From an uncultured Acidobacteriota bacterium (GTDB lineage Bacteria > Acidobacteriota > Thermoanaerobaculia > Multivoradales > JAHEKO01): a DNA stretch of 64,000 nucleotides. Location of the stretch: NCBI GenBank assembly GCA_963713825.1, contig CAVQNG010000003.1, positions 1,600,001 to 1,664,000 on the forward strand, written 5' to 3'. This document shows positions 40,544 to 51,001 of this stretch, one piece after another. How positions within the stretch are numbered: the first letter of the stretch is position 1; the number at the start of each line of letters is the position of its first letter. The position numbers and the translations under genes were made by a program. The notes beneath the pieces are model-generated. The model saw only the letters and a program-made list of their open reading frames with translations. It was not told where the DNA came from and made no database searches.

Positions 40544-41431
40544 ATGAATATCACCAACCAGCTCGAAGGAAACGTCCCTTTTCTCGATGTGAAGCTGTTC
40601 GACCTCGGTACGACACCGATAACCGTGGCCACAGTTGCCGTGATGGTGGCTGTGATGCTGGCGACCGGGGTGGTGTCCTGGGTGGCTACCCGGGCCATCA
40701 AGAAAGCCTTCAAGCTCCGCAGTTTGGAGGACGAGGGAACCCTCGGGGTGGTGACCCGCCTGACCCACTATCTGATCCTGGGCGCTGGTCTATTCGTGGC
40801 CCTGCGGATCGCGGGTATCGACCTGACGGCCTTGTTTGCAGCAGGTGCTGTGTTTGCCGTCGCGATTGGCTTCGCCATGCAGAACATCACGGCGAATTTC
40901 GTGTCCGGGGTCATTTTGCTGTCGGAACGAGTAATCAAGCCGGGAGATGTCTTGAATGTCGACGGCAACCTGGTGCGGGTGCGGGACATGGGCATTCGAG
41001 CCACCATCGTGCGCACCCTCGACGACGAAGACCTCATCATCCCGAACTCGATGCTGGTGCAGTCGACCGTGACCAACTACACCTTCCGCGACACCCTGAT
41101 GCGACTACGAGTCGCGGTGGGCGTCTCTTACGGCTCGGACCTCCAGCTGGTCAAGCAGGTACTGAATGACGCGGCTGGCGCACTCGACTGGCGTCTTCAG
41201 GAAAAGGACCCAGTAGTCCTCCTCACCGATTTCGGAACCTCTTCGGTGGACTTCGAGGTGTCCGTCTGGGTCGGGGATCCGTGGAGGAGTCGACGGTGTA
41301 GATCGGATCTCCGAGAGGCGATCTGGTGGGCACTCAAAGAGGCAGGCGTCACCATCGCCTTCCCGCAGCTCGATCTGCACCTCGACAAGCCGGTGGTACA
41401 GTCTCTGGAAGGACTCCGAGCGACAGCATGA
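40544..41431 (+). CDS. Small-conductance mechanosensitive channel (MscS family)
   Basis: IGFAMQNITANFVSG, IIPNS, VGVSYGSD, IAFPQ; ATG 40544 after GGAGG. Confidence 0.92.
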   Translation: MNITNQLEGNVPFLDVKLFDLGTTPITVATVAVMVAVMLATGVVSWVATRAIKKAFKLRSLEDEGTLGVVTRLTHYLILGAGLFVALRIAGIDLTALFAAGAVFAVAIGFAMQNITANFVSGVILLSERVIKPGDVLNVDGNLVRVRDMGIRATIVRTLDDEDLIIPNSMLVQSTVTNYTFRDTLMRLRVAVGVSYGSDLQLVKQVLNDAAGALDWRLQEKDPVVLLTDFGTSSVDFEVSVWVGDPWRSRRCRSDLREAIWWALKEAGVTIAFPQLDLHLDKPVVQSLEGLRATA

Positions 41432-42531
41432 GTCGGCCGAAAGACAAGCAACTCTCCTCGAGCGCGCCTAGGCGCGGCCTGGATCGAATGGTCCAGGCCG
41501 CAGGTAGGGCTCCGGGAGTACTCTCGATCGATCCCAGCTGGCCATCGCCCGTCCTGCGATTAATGGCCTATGGACCAGACGGCTACGTCGAACAGGAGAT
41601 CGGTGTCGACGAGGTTGAAGAACATCTGGGCACCTGGCCGGTGGTCTGGATCAACGTCGACGGCCTGGGCGATGAGAGCACCCTGAGCCGCCTCGGCGAG
41701 ATCTTTTCACTGCACAGATTGGCGCTCGAGGATGTGGTCAACCTGGGTCAGCGAGCCAAGGTCGAGGCCTATGAGGAGGATCTGTTCATTGTCGCCAGAG
41801 CTCCAGGAACCGACCTCTCTTCAGGTGAGCAGGTAACGATGTTTCTGGGCCCGCGTTTTGTCTTGTCGTTCCAGGAGAGAGCTGGCGACAACTTCGACGG
41901 CATCAGAGAGAGGGTCCGGCACGGCAAGGGCAAGATTCGGAAGAGCGGCCCGGACTACCTCGTCTACGCTCTTGTGGATGCCGTGATCGACAGCTATTTC
42001 CCGGTTCTCGAAGGAATTTCGGAAGCCCTGGAGGTAGTCGAGCAGGAGGTGCTCGGGTCCCCCGACCAGCGAACGGTTTCGCATGTCTATGCAATCAAGC
42101 GCCGACTGCTGGATCTCAGGCGCAGCATCACGCCCCATCGGGAGGCGTTGAATTCGCTGATTCGAGACCCCGGAGACCAGATCGGGGATGAGACCGCTCT
42201 CTACCTTCGAGATACCTACGACCACACAATGCGGATCGCGGAGATGGTCGACTCGCAGCGGGATCTGTGCTCCGACTTGATGGCAACCTACCTTTCGGTG
42301 GCCAGCAACAGGATGAACGAAGTCATGAAGGTCTTGTCGATCATCGGCACGATCTTCATCCCGCTGGGGTTTATCGCGGGCGTCTACGGAATGAACTTCG
42401 ATCCCGACGCCTCGGCCTTCAACATGCCGGAGTTGGGTTGGTATCTGGGCTATCCATTTGCGCTTCTCCTGATGGGGACCACGGCCCTCGGCCTCTTGAT
42501 CTACTTCTGGAAGAAGGGCTGGTTCAAGTAA
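41428..42531 (+). CDS. corA: Magnesium/cobalt transporter CorA
   Basis: LHRLALEDV, QRAKVE, MNEVMKVL, YGMNF, MPEL. Confidence 0.93.
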   Translation: MSRPKDKQLSSSAPRRGLDRMVQAAGRAPGVLSIDPSWPSPVLRLMAYGPDGYVEQEIGVDEVEEHLGTWPVVWINVDGLGDESTLSRLGEIFSLHRLALEDVVNLGQRAKVEAYEEDLFIVARAPGTDLSSGEQVTMFLGPRFVLSFQERAGDNFDGIRERVRHGKGKIRKSGPDYLVYALVDAVIDSYFPVLEGISEALEVVEQEVLGSPDQRTVSHVYAIKRRLLDLRRSITPHREALNSLIRDPGDQIGDETALYLRDTYDHTMRIAEMVDSQRDLCSDLMATYLSVASNRMNEVMKVLSIIGTIFIPLGFIAGVYGMNFDPDASAFNMPELGWYLGYPFALLLMGTTALGLLIYFWKKGWFK

Positions 42532-42537
42532 GAACAC

Positions 42538-43056
42538 ATGGCGAAAATCAGACATCCCGACCGGCTGATTGTCGGCTGGCGCGAGTGGGTCAGCCTGCCC
42601 GACCTGGGGATCGATTGGATCAAGGTGAAGGTCGACACTGGCGCTCGCTCCTCTTCGCTCCACGCCTACGACTTGCAGGAGTTCGTACGAGGTGGCGAGA
42701 GGTGGGTGCGCTTCAAGGTTCACCCTGTGCAGCGCAACAGCGCCCAGGTCGTGCAAGCCGAGGCGGCGGTTCTCGAGTTTCGATCGGTACGAAGCTCGAG
42801 CGGCAGGGCCACGATGCGGCCGGTCATCGTCACGAATATCGCCTTGCTCGGTTTCACCTGGCCGGTCGAGCTGACTCTCGCCAATCGCGACGCCATGGGC
42901 TTTCGGATGCTGCTGGGCCGCCAGGCCTTCCGGCGGCGATTCCTTGTCGACGGTGGCAGGTCTTACTACGGCGGAAGACCGCAACGAAAGAAATCGAAGC
43001 AGAGGAATATTCGCCGCCACCGCAGCGCAGTCGGAGAAGTGACGGAGGAGACATGA
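42538..43056 (+). CDS. RimK-associated putative protease ('ATP-dependent zinc protease' / retropepsin-like)
   Basis: VGWREWVSLPDLGI, KVDTGARSSSLHA, MGFRMLLGR. Confidence 0.88.
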   Translation: MAKIRHPDRLIVGWREWVSLPDLGIDWIKVKVDTGARSSSLHAYDLQEFVRGGERWVRFKVHPVQRNSAQVVQAEAAVLEFRSVRSSSGRATMRPVIVTNIALLGFTWPVELTLANRDAMGFRMLLGRQAFRRRFLVDGGRSYYGGRPQRKKSKQRNIRRHRSAVGEVTEET

Positions 43057-43112
43057 AACTCGGAATTCTCTCGCGCAGTTCGTCACGATTCTCTTTCTCA
43101 CCCTCTACGTGA
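43053..43112 (+). pseudogene. rimK: 5' stub of a rimK-like ATP-grasp ligase gene
   Basis: GGAGGAG SD and ATGA overlap; MKLGILSR resembles the RimK N-terminus, then runs out of frame into the permease. Confidence 0.65.
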
Positions 43113-44233
43113 CCATCAATCTGAGCGCTGCCGCCGAGAAGATCGCAGGAGACCCGTCATTTCGTCCGACCATCAACGTCCCCTGGGCGATCTCTCTTCT
43201 CGGATCCGTTGGTGCCGTGGTCGTGATGTTCCTCATCAGTCCCTGGGCATGCGTCATCGCGATCGCCCTCGAGTTGGCCCTGTATCTGTATCTTCGACGT
43301 CGGTCACTGCAGCGACGTTGGGGAGATGCTCGAGCCGGCGTATGGGTGTCGCTCGCCCGGGTGGCATTGCTGAAACTGCGCTCGCATGGGACGGATCCTC
43401 GCAACTGGCGCCCCCACATTCTGGTCTTCGTTGGAGATCCAGACAAGAGGATTGGACTCGTGCGACTGGCAAGCTGGTTCAATCAGGGTCGTGGGATCGT
43501 GACCGCGAGCCAGCTGGTCGTCGGAGATCTGACCAAAGAGGATTTCGACGTCGAGCAGTGGCACAGCGAAATGGAGCGTGCCCTCACCACCAACGGACTT
43601 CTCGCCTTCAGCGAGGTGGATGTCGTTCGAGATTTCGAGAGCGGTGTCATCGATACCGTGCAGGCAAACGGAATCGCGGGACTCCAGTCGAATACCGTCC
43701 TCGTGGGTTGGCCTCAAAAACCAGGTCGACTCGAAGCCTGGCTTCGCATCATGAGGGGCCTGTCGAAAGTCGGCAAGAGCACACTGATTGCTCGGCTCAA
43801 CTGGGCCCACGAGCCGGGACAGGAGAAGCGGATCGATCTGTGGTGGGGCGGCCTGGAGAACAACGGAGACATGATGCTCATGCTGGCCTACCTGCTCAGC
43901 CTGAATTCCGAATGGAGCGATGCGAGAATCGTCATCCGCTCGATCGCCAGAAGCGAAGACGAGAAGCAACTCCAAGGGGAAGGCCTGCAGTCTTTGCTCC
44001 AGGAGATTCGCATCCACGCGGAGACAGAGATCATTACCAAGCCCCAGGGCGAGACGATCGCAGAAGTCATTCGTCGCTGCAGCGCCGACGCCGACCTGGT
44101 CTTCCTTGGTCTTCAGGATCCCAAGATCGGAAGCGAGGCAGCCTACGCCAAGCGAATGGAGGCGCTCACCGAGGGCCTCAACACAACTGTCTTCGTTCGC
44201 AACGCAGGAGAGTTCGCCGGCAAGCTGGTCTGA
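43073..44233 (+). pseudogene. 5'-truncated amino-acid permease / cation-chloride cotransporter (SLC12-like)
   Basis: Begins mid-TM (AQFVTILFLTLYVTINL); PSFRP, RNWRPHILV, IDLWWGG; most of the membrane domain is missing. Confidence 0.8.
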
Positions 44234-44368
44234 ACGACAGAGAATGCGTTGCAGCCTGGATTGACTATTTCTTTCGGAGCGACTCGAGTAGGCCGACGAC
44301 CTGGCCTGTCGTGGAGCGCACCGCGCTGTCCTTGCCGGATGTCCGGGGCGTGTCGAGCTGGTGCCGGT

Positions 44369-47044
44369 TCACTCCGTCGCCACGGGCTCGGCAGCCTCCT
44401 TGGTGGCTGTGAACTTCGATTTGCCCATCGGACTCTCCCCGGTTCCGGTCATGGTTTCTTCCTCGACGGAGCCTTCGAGCTCCATCGCCATCTCCTGCTC
44501 ACCCATCGCGAAGGTGGCCGTGAAGGCCAGCAGCTCGCCGTCGAACTGCACCTCGCTCACCGTGGCGGTTCCCATGACGAACTCCATCGAGCCACCGACT
44601 TCCTCGTCCTCGATCAGGAACTTCAGGCTGAACGGCATGAGCCTCCCTTCGGCGTCGACCTCACCGTTCCAGGTGCCGAGCAGAACCGCGAGATCCTCTT
44701 CCGAAGCCTCTCCAGCTCCGGAGGCCTTCCTCGGGTCGAGCTGCTCGCCGTCGAAAACCCAGACACCGCGGCCATGGGTGCCGATGACGAGCATCCGGTC
44801 GCGTGGGTGGAATGCCAGGTCGTGGACGTAGGCAAAGGGGAGGTCACCCAGGACCGCCCAGGTCTCGCCGCCGTCCTTGGTGACGTAGACGCTGGCATCG
44901 GTGCCGAGAAACAGCTGGTCCTCCTTGTCCGGGTCCTCTCGAATCACGTTGACCGGCCCGAGGGGGACGTTGCCCGAAATGTCGACCCAGGTCTCGCCGA
45001 GGTCGGTGGACTTCCAGACGTAGACCTGGAAATCGTCGTCGCGTCTCCCGGTCTGCGTCATGTAGACGGTGGCCAGATCGTGCTGTGAGGCCACCAGTCT
45101 CGAAACCCACTTGGCCGGAACCGGTGCCCGTCCGATCTCCTCCCACTTCGCGCCGCCGTTTTTGGTGCGCCACACCCGGCCGTCATCGGTTCCGGCGTAG
45201 AGCAGCCCGAACCGTAGGGGCGACTCCGCGAGAGCGGTGACCGTCTGGTAAAAGATGTCGCCACTCTTTTCGGGATCGTCGTGGGAGAGAACCGGGCTGA
45301 TGTCCTCCCAGGTAGTACAGCGGTCCCGGGACAGCATGACGGTCTGGAGACCGTGGTAGACGTAGTCCGGGTTGTGGACGGACAGCACGGTCGGAGCCAG
45401 CCACTGCCCCAGCATCTTCTCCTCGTCGGGGTAGGGAGGAGGGAGGCAATCCTTCTTCTCGGTGCCATCGGCGCTTTCGCGATCCAGGTCGCCATAGAAG
45501 CTCGAGGCGTAGATTGTGCCGTCTCGTGGATCGATGGCGTGGGTGGTTCCCTCTCCGCCCAGGGTGCTGTCGAACTCGATTGGCTGGAGCTTCTTTCGAC
45601 CGTCCGAGATGTCGACTTCGGCGGAGTAGCTGCCGTGGTCCTGGATCGAGCCGTAAACCCGGAAGGGCTCGCCCATATCGAGAGATACGTTGAAGAACTG
45701 CGCCAGGGGCAACTCCTCGAGCGGGATCTTCCAGTTCTCCCCACCGTCGTAGGAGATGGCCAGGCCACCGTCCTGGACGTTCAGCAGGTAGTCGCTGTTG
45801 GCGGGATCGACCCACAGACCGTGGTGGTCGAGGTGCATCCCGGTCAGCACTTTAGCGGTCCTGCCGCCATCCTCGGACATGTTGAGAGCCAGCCCCATCG
45901 TGTAGATGCGGTTCTCGTCCTGCGGATCGACCCGGATCTGGGAGAAGACCCACCCGTAGGTGGCGGAGTGGTTCTCCATGAACTTCTTCGTCTTCTCGTC
46001 CAGACCGCTGACCTGCTCCCACGTCGCTCCGGCATCCGCGCTGCGATAGATCGTGGCACCCTTGATGCGGTCCTTCATCGCACGGCCGTAGGTGTCCTTC
46101 TCACCGGGCTTGGCCTTCTCGGCCACTTCGTAGCTGTCCAGGTAGGCGTAGAGCACGTCGGGATTCGAGGCGGCGATGTCGATCCCGATGCGACCTCGGA
46201 AGGCCGCCTCGGGTAAGCCGTCGTTGATCTGCTCCCAGTTCTCACCACCATCCGTGGACTTCCATACGCCGCTGTTCTCGTAGTGGGGAAAGTTCCTGGG
46301 ATCGCTCCACTTGAGCCGCGTGCGCTGCCACGTCGTGGCGTAGATCGTGTCGGGCTCGGTGGGGTGGAGGACGATGTCGTTGACGCCGGTCTCGTCGTCG
46401 ACATAGAGAACCTTGGACCAGGTCGCGCCGCCGTCGGTGGTCTTGAAGAGGCCTCGTTCGGGGTTTTTCGTCCACTCGTGCCCGCCTGCGGCCACCCAGA
46501 CGATGTCCGGGTTCTCCGGGTGAATGCGGATCCGGGGAATTGTGTAGGTGCCCGCGAGGCCCATCGCCGTCCAGGTCTCGCCGCCGTCGGTGGTCTTGAA
46601 GACGCCGCAGCCGGCGCTGGAGCTGCGAAAGATGTTCGCCTCGCCTGTACCCACCCAAACGACATCCGGGTTCGTCGGATCGATCGCGATGTCGCCGATC
46701 GAGGCGCAGGGCATGTCGTTGAAGACAGGCTCGAAGGTCGTCCCTTCGTTGATGGACTTCCAGACGCCGCCGGTAGCGGATCCAATCCAGATCGTGTACT
46801 GCTGGCCCCGTGGAGAAACGGCCTCGACGTCTGTGCACCGGCCGCTGACGTTCGTCGGCCCGAGGTAGCTCCACTTCGCTTTTTTGAACGGTGATTCCTG
46901 CTTCATCGTCAGGTGCTGCTCGAACCTCTCGAGCCTGGTCTCGCTGTCGAGAATCGGCTCCTTGACCTCTGCGGTGGCGGCCGAGACGGTTGTTGCGAGG
47001 CCCACGAGGAGCACGAGAGTCGAAGCGGTCAGAAAGGTCCTCAT
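44369..47044 (-). CDS. VPS10/BNR (Asp-box) beta-propeller glycosyl-hydrolase-like secreted protein
   Basis: GPTNVSGR, repeated (S/T)xDGGxTW Asp boxes, GTHGRGVW; ATG 47044 after GGAGG. Confidence 0.88.
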   Translation of the reverse strand: MRTFLTASTLVLLVGLATTVSAATAEVKEPILDSETRLERFEQHLTMKQESPFKKAKWSYLGPTNVSGRCTDVEAVSPRGQQYTIWIGSATGGVWKSINEGTTFEPVFNDMPCASIGDIAIDPTNPDVVWVGTGEANIFRSSSAGCGVFKTTDGGETWTAMGLAGTYTIPRIRIHPENPDIVWVAAGGHEWTKNPERGLFKTTDGGATWSKVLYVDDETGVNDIVLHPTEPDTIYATTWQRTRLKWSDPRNFPHYENSGVWKSTDGGENWEQINDGLPEAAFRGRIGIDIAASNPDVLYAYLDSYEVAEKAKPGEKDTYGRAMKDRIKGATIYRSADAGATWEQVSGLDEKTKKFMENHSATYGWVFSQIRVDPQDENRIYTMGLALNMSEDGGRTAKVLTGMHLDHHGLWVDPANSDYLLNVQDGGLAISYDGGENWKIPLEELPLAQFFNVSLDMGEPFRVYGSIQDHGSYSAEVDISDGRKKLQPIEFDSTLGGEGTTHAIDPRDGTIYASSFYGDLDRESADGTEKKDCLPPPYPDEEKMLGQWLAPTVLSVHNPDYVYHGLQTVMLSRDRCTTWEDISPVLSHDDPEKSGDIFYQTVTALAESPLRFGLLYAGTDDGRVWRTKNGGAKWEEIGRAPVPAKWVSRLVASQHDLATVYMTQTGRRDDDFQVYVWKSTDLGETWVDISGNVPLGPVNVIREDPDKEDQLFLGTDASVYVTKDGGETWAVLGDLPFAYVHDLAFHPRDRMLVIGTHGRGVWVFDGEQLDPRKASGAGEASEEDLAVLLGTWNGEVDAEGRLMPFSLKFLIEDEEVGGSMEFVMGTATVSEVQFDGELLAFTATFAMGEQEMAMELEGSVEEETMTGTGESPMGKSKFTATKEAAEPVATE

Positions 47045-47114
47045 CCGATTTCCTCCAATTCTGCGGTGCCGAGCCGGAACGCTGAGAAGCCCTCCGGCGG
47101 CCCGCTTCACCAGG

Positions 47115-47585
47115 TCAAATGCCTCTGTCTTGCTTGTAGCGGTCATAGGCTTCGTGAAGCTCCATCTCGAGGAACTGCAGAAAGTCGATCATTCGGGACA
47201 GCGCCTGACGGGACTCCTCCGTGCGGCCTGCCATCTCGAGAGCTTCACCGAGTGGCTCGCGGAGCGAGAAGAACAGATCCATGCGCTCGAGCAACGACGC
47301 TTCCCAGTTCTTGAAGTTCTTGCGGAAGTAGCGCTTGCGATCGCCCGGTCGCGTTCGGTATTCGATGCTGCCGAGCGACAGGAGAAGGTTGATCGCCGCA
47401 CTCGTGGAGCTCTTGCTCAGTCCCAGGGCTTCGCGGATTTCATCGAAGGTCAGCTCCGGCTCGTGCGACACCATGAGCAGTCCCACCACACGACCGGGCG
47501 CGGGGGAGAAGCCGAGCCGATCATGGAGAACGCCGATGCGCTCGACCAGCTCGATCTGCTGTTTGGAGAGACTGTGATTGGACAG
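47115..47585 (-). CDS. GbsR/MarR-family transcriptional regulator (probable CTG start)
   Basis: ELVERIGVLHDRLGFSPAPGRVVGLL..LTFDEIREALGLSKSSTS..PGDRKRYF; no ATG/GTG/TTG in frame upstream of 47489; GAAGGGGA lies 5 nt before CTG 47585. Confidence 0.82.
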   Translation of the reverse strand: MSNHSLSKQQIELVERIGVLHDRLGFSPAPGRVVGLLMVSHEPELTFDEIREALGLSKSSTSAAINLLLSLGSIEYRTRPGDRKRYFRKNFKNWEASLLERMDLFFSLREPLGEALEMAGRTEESRQALSRMIDFLQFLEMELHEAYDRYKQDRGI

Positions 47586-47889
47586 ATCGGTCCCCTTCTC
47601 GCCAGCAGAGCATAGCGAGGTTCGTTTGGTTCGGCAACACGAGAACTAAGCTGAGAAGCTCTCCCCTCTTGGGGATTCACAAAGGTGATCGGCGCGACTT
47701 TCATCTGGGAAGTGGACGTGTATGACGTTGACAACCGACGCGCAATGAATTTCTGATTTCAGTTCGCGGTCTGCATGGCCGTCCGGGCCTGACACTTTCA
47801 GACCCGCTCCCGTTCTTCCCCTACCTCTTGAGGTGGCGTCTCTTGACACCAGTGGGCGTAGATTCAAATGAACCCAGGGGGAACGAGCC

Positions 47890-48861
47890 ATGAGAACTCT
47901 CGTCTACGGTGCGGGACCGATCGGTCGCTGGTTGTCTCTCCGTCTCCACCAGGCCGGCAAGGATGTGACCCTGCTCGCCCGGGGCGAGACGTACGAATTG
48001 ATCAGAAGGGACGGGGTCATTCTGGTCGATGGATACACCGGCGAGAAGAAGGTGGCCCGGGTGAAGCTCGTCGAGAGGCTGGAACCGGAGGATCGATACG
48101 ATCTCGTGCTGGTGGTCATGCGGAAGTCCAGCCGCCTAGCCGTCTGTCCGATCCTGGTGGAGTGCCAGAACCTCCAGAACATCCTGTTCCTGGGCAACGA
48201 TGTCTCCGGGTTTCACCGGTACTTGGACTATCTGCCAAGGGAGAAGGTCTTGCTCGGATTCCCTGGTGCCGGAGGAGGCTGGGACGGCGACAACCTCGTC
48301 ATCGCAGATGGCGACAAAGCGAACGACAAGGGCAGCCCTCTGTTCATCGGTGAGCTCGACGGCGAGACACGGGAGCGAACAACCCGGATCGAGGAGTTCT
48401 TCGAGGGGGCTGGATTCCCGGTCAGCCTCGAGAAGGATATCGACGGGTGGCTCAAGTACCACTTCGCCTTCATGGGGCCCACGGCTGGGGTCGTTCTGAT
48501 GCATGGCGGTGATCTCGAGGCTGTTGCCGCAGACGACCTGGCCCTACGCAAGTACATTCGCGCCTGCCGGGAAGCAGGTGATGTTCTGAAATCTGTGGGC
48601 TACAAGAGGAGGCAGCCGCCCATCTTCAACTTGTACTACTGGCTGCCGGAGTGGGTGGGGGTGAAGGTCTTCCGAGGATTCTTTCGGTCTCGCAAGGTCG
48701 AAGTCGCCATGGGACTGCACGCCTCGGAAGTTGGTGACGAGCTGCTGGAGATGATGGAGGAGTTCGCCGAGCTCAGAGCCCGAGCTGGCATCGAGACACC
48801 CAATCTGGACGAGCTCTTGTCGTTTGCCCGCAAACCGCCCCCAATGGACCTGGCTATGTGA
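47890..48861 (+). CDS. Ketopantoate reductase (ApbA/PanE)-like oxidoreductase
   Basis: VYGAGPIG Rossmann motif, TLLARG, IGELDG, WLKYH. Confidence 0.75.
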   Translation: MRTLVYGAGPIGRWLSLRLHQAGKDVTLLARGETYELIRRDGVILVDGYTGEKKVARVKLVERLEPEDRYDLVLVVMRKSSRLAVCPILVECQNLQNILFLGNDVSGFHRYLDYLPREKVLLGFPGAGGGWDGDNLVIADGDKANDKGSPLFIGELDGETRERTTRIEEFFEGAGFPVSLEKDIDGWLKYHFAFMGPTAGVVLMHGGDLEAVAADDLALRKYIRACREAGDVLKSVGYKRRQPPIFNLYYWLPEWVGVKVFRGFFRSRKVEVAMGLHASEVGDELLEMMEEFAELRARAGIETPNLDELLSFARKPPPMDLAM

Positions 48862-48919
48862 TTGAAATACCCTAGCCGTGTTCCGCGGCTGACGATCTTC
48901 GCAAAGGGGCGTGTCTGAC

Positions 48920-50344
48920 ATGTTTCGTCTTTTGGTTCCAATCGTTCTGCTTGCCACGCTTCTCCCATCCACATCGGGGCTGGCGGTCGCCCAGGAGCAG
49001 CAACCGCAGAGACCCAACATCGTGTTGATGTTTCCGGACAACCTGGGGTGGGGTGAGGTCGGGGCTTACGGAAGTGTTCGCGGCGTTCCGACGCCCAGCA
49101 TCGATCGCATCGCCGCCGAGGGGATTCGGTTGGACAACTTCAATGTCGAGAACTCCTGCACCATCTCCCGCCTCTCGCTGCTGACAGGACGCTATGCGAT
49201 TCGGACCGGTGGGGATCACCTCGACGGTGTGACCCTCTGGGAAGTCACTCTTGCAGAGGCACTCCAGTCGGTGGGGTATGCGACTGGTCTATTTGGTAAG
49301 TGGCACTTGGGTGGCGTGAATTGGGAAGGGCGCCGCGGTCCGACGAATCAGGGCTTCGACGAGTGGTACGGCATTCCGGGGACGAGTCACACAGCGCAGT
49401 TCACGAGCTTTGAGAACTTCGATCCGACCACTATGAAGACGCCCCACATCTGGCAGGGTCGGGTTGGCGAATCGCCTCGAAAGGTGAAGCCATACGACCT
49501 GGAGAGTCGACGGACGATCGACCGGGAGGCCGCCGATCGGGGCATCGCCTTCATGGAGCGAAATGTCAGTGAGAGCCGCCCCTTCTTCTTCTTCTATCCG
49601 ATGACCCAGATCCACTTCCCCACATTGCCCCATCCGGATTTCGAGGGCACTACCGGTGCGGGAGACATCGGCGACGCCATGGCCGATGTGGACCACAACG
49701 TGGAGCTGGTGCTCGCCGCCATCGACCGACTGGGGATCGAAGACAACACGATCGTCTTCTGGTGCACCGACAACGGGGCCGAAGAACGACGGCCTTGGCG
49801 GGGTACTGCAGGGCCCTGGAGCGGTTTCTACAACACGATGCTGGAAGGTGGGATCCGGACGCCCTGTGTCATTCGCTGGCCCGGCCGCATCCCAGCGGGC
49901 TCGGTGTCGAACCGGATCGTTCATGCGGTCGATATCTTCCCGACGCTGGCGGCGGCGGTGGGTGCACCCGAGATCGTCCCGAATGACCGGGCCATCGATG
50001 GGGTGAACCAGCTCCCGTTCTTAGAGGGCAAACAACGCCACTCGAACCGCGAGAGCGTGATGTACTGGACATGGCGCGGTGAGTTGGAAGCGGTCAAGTG
50101 GAGGGATTGGAAGTTCTTCTACCACTACCGGTTCAGCTCAGTGGTCCCCAACCCCCCAGACAGCATGCGGCTGTTCAATCTGCGGTCCGATCCCAAGGAG
50201 GAAACGGACGTCAAGGACTTCAATCCCTGGGTGATGGGCGTGATCGATCGGATCGTCACCGAGTTCGAGGCCTCGACAGGGGCGTACCCGAATGTTCCCA
50301 GAGGCACCGGTGATCCCTACACTCCACCACAAGGTGATCGGTAG
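48920..50344 (+). CDS. Arylsulfatase-family sulfatase
   Basis: RPNIVL..DNLG, CTISRLSLLTGR, GKWHLG, DNG, EGGIRTP; signal peptide. Confidence 0.9.
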   Translation: MFRLLVPIVLLATLLPSTSGLAVAQEQQPQRPNIVLMFPDNLGWGEVGAYGSVRGVPTPSIDRIAAEGIRLDNFNVENSCTISRLSLLTGRYAIRTGGDHLDGVTLWEVTLAEALQSVGYATGLFGKWHLGGVNWEGRRGPTNQGFDEWYGIPGTSHTAQFTSFENFDPTTMKTPHIWQGRVGESPRKVKPYDLESRRTIDREAADRGIAFMERNVSESRPFFFFYPMTQIHFPTLPHPDFEGTTGAGDIGDAMADVDHNVELVLAAIDRLGIEDNTIVFWCTDNGAEERRPWRGTAGPWSGFYNTMLEGGIRTPCVIRWPGRIPAGSVSNRIVHAVDIFPTLAAAVGAPEIVPNDRAIDGVNQLPFLEGKQRHSNRESVMYWTWRGELEAVKWRDWKFFYHYRFSSVVPNPPDSMRLFNLRSDPKEETDVKDFNPWVMGVIDRIVTEFEASTGAYPNVPRGTGDPYTPPQGDR

Positions 50345-50348
50345 ACCC

Positions 50349-50936
50349 ATGCGACGAGATACCCGTTTGAAAAGACCCTTTCCCCAAAGGTGGGCTGCGG
50401 TTCTGACGATGTTCGCTGTAGGAATCCTCGGAACCGGGATGTCAGCAGCACGGGAGAAGCCCAACTTCACTGGCGCCTGGACGGTGTCCGAGGCCCAGGC
50501 GGGACCTGCTGCTGGAGGCGCCGAGCCGTCGGTCACGCTGGGGAGTGGGTGGGGTGAGAGCTTCACCCTGATGCAGGATTCCTCAATGCTGACGGTCGAG
50601 CGAGTGCTGTACAGGCCACGGGATTATCAACCGACCCTGAAGCTCCGGTACGCCCTGGACGGATCCGAGAGCCGGAACACATTTCTGATGGGCCGTGGCA
50701 TGCAGGTCCAGGTCTCGACTACTGCTTGGGAGGGCGACAAGCTTGTCGTCACTATGGTGCATACCGCTGCCGACGTCGAAGATGGGGAGGCAATCGAGTG
50801 TGAGGTGACACAGACTCTGTCACTCCAGTCGCCTCAGCAGGCAGTGGGGGAGTCGTCGCTGGTGGTTGAAACAAAGCGCTGTGGGGTTCTCGGAGGTCTT
50901 CCGACAACGACGCGGACGGTCTACGAACGGAACTAG
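50349..50936 (+). CDS. Secreted hypothetical protein (lipocalin-like beta barrel)
   Basis: Signal peptide; PNFTGAW, YALDGSES, WEGDKLVV pattern. Confidence 0.6.
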   Translation: MRRDTRLKRPFPQRWAAVLTMFAVGILGTGMSAAREKPNFTGAWTVSEAQAGPAAGGAEPSVTLGSGWGESFTLMQDSSMLTVERVLYRPRDYQPTLKLRYALDGSESRNTFLMGRGMQVQVSTTAWEGDKLVVTMVHTAADVEDGEAIECEVTQTLSLQSPQQAVGESSLVVETKRCGVLGGLPTTTRTVYERN

Positions 50937-51001
50937 CATGAGGTGGCGACTGCCCTGAAGTCTCCTTCTGCTCGAGTCGCGTTTCAGAAAGACAAACCCG
51001 A

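Noticed and set aside
44272-44368. Possible gene-end remnant (...GQVVGLLESLRKK*) on the minus strand
   Set aside because: Too short to assign; no start or recognisable family.
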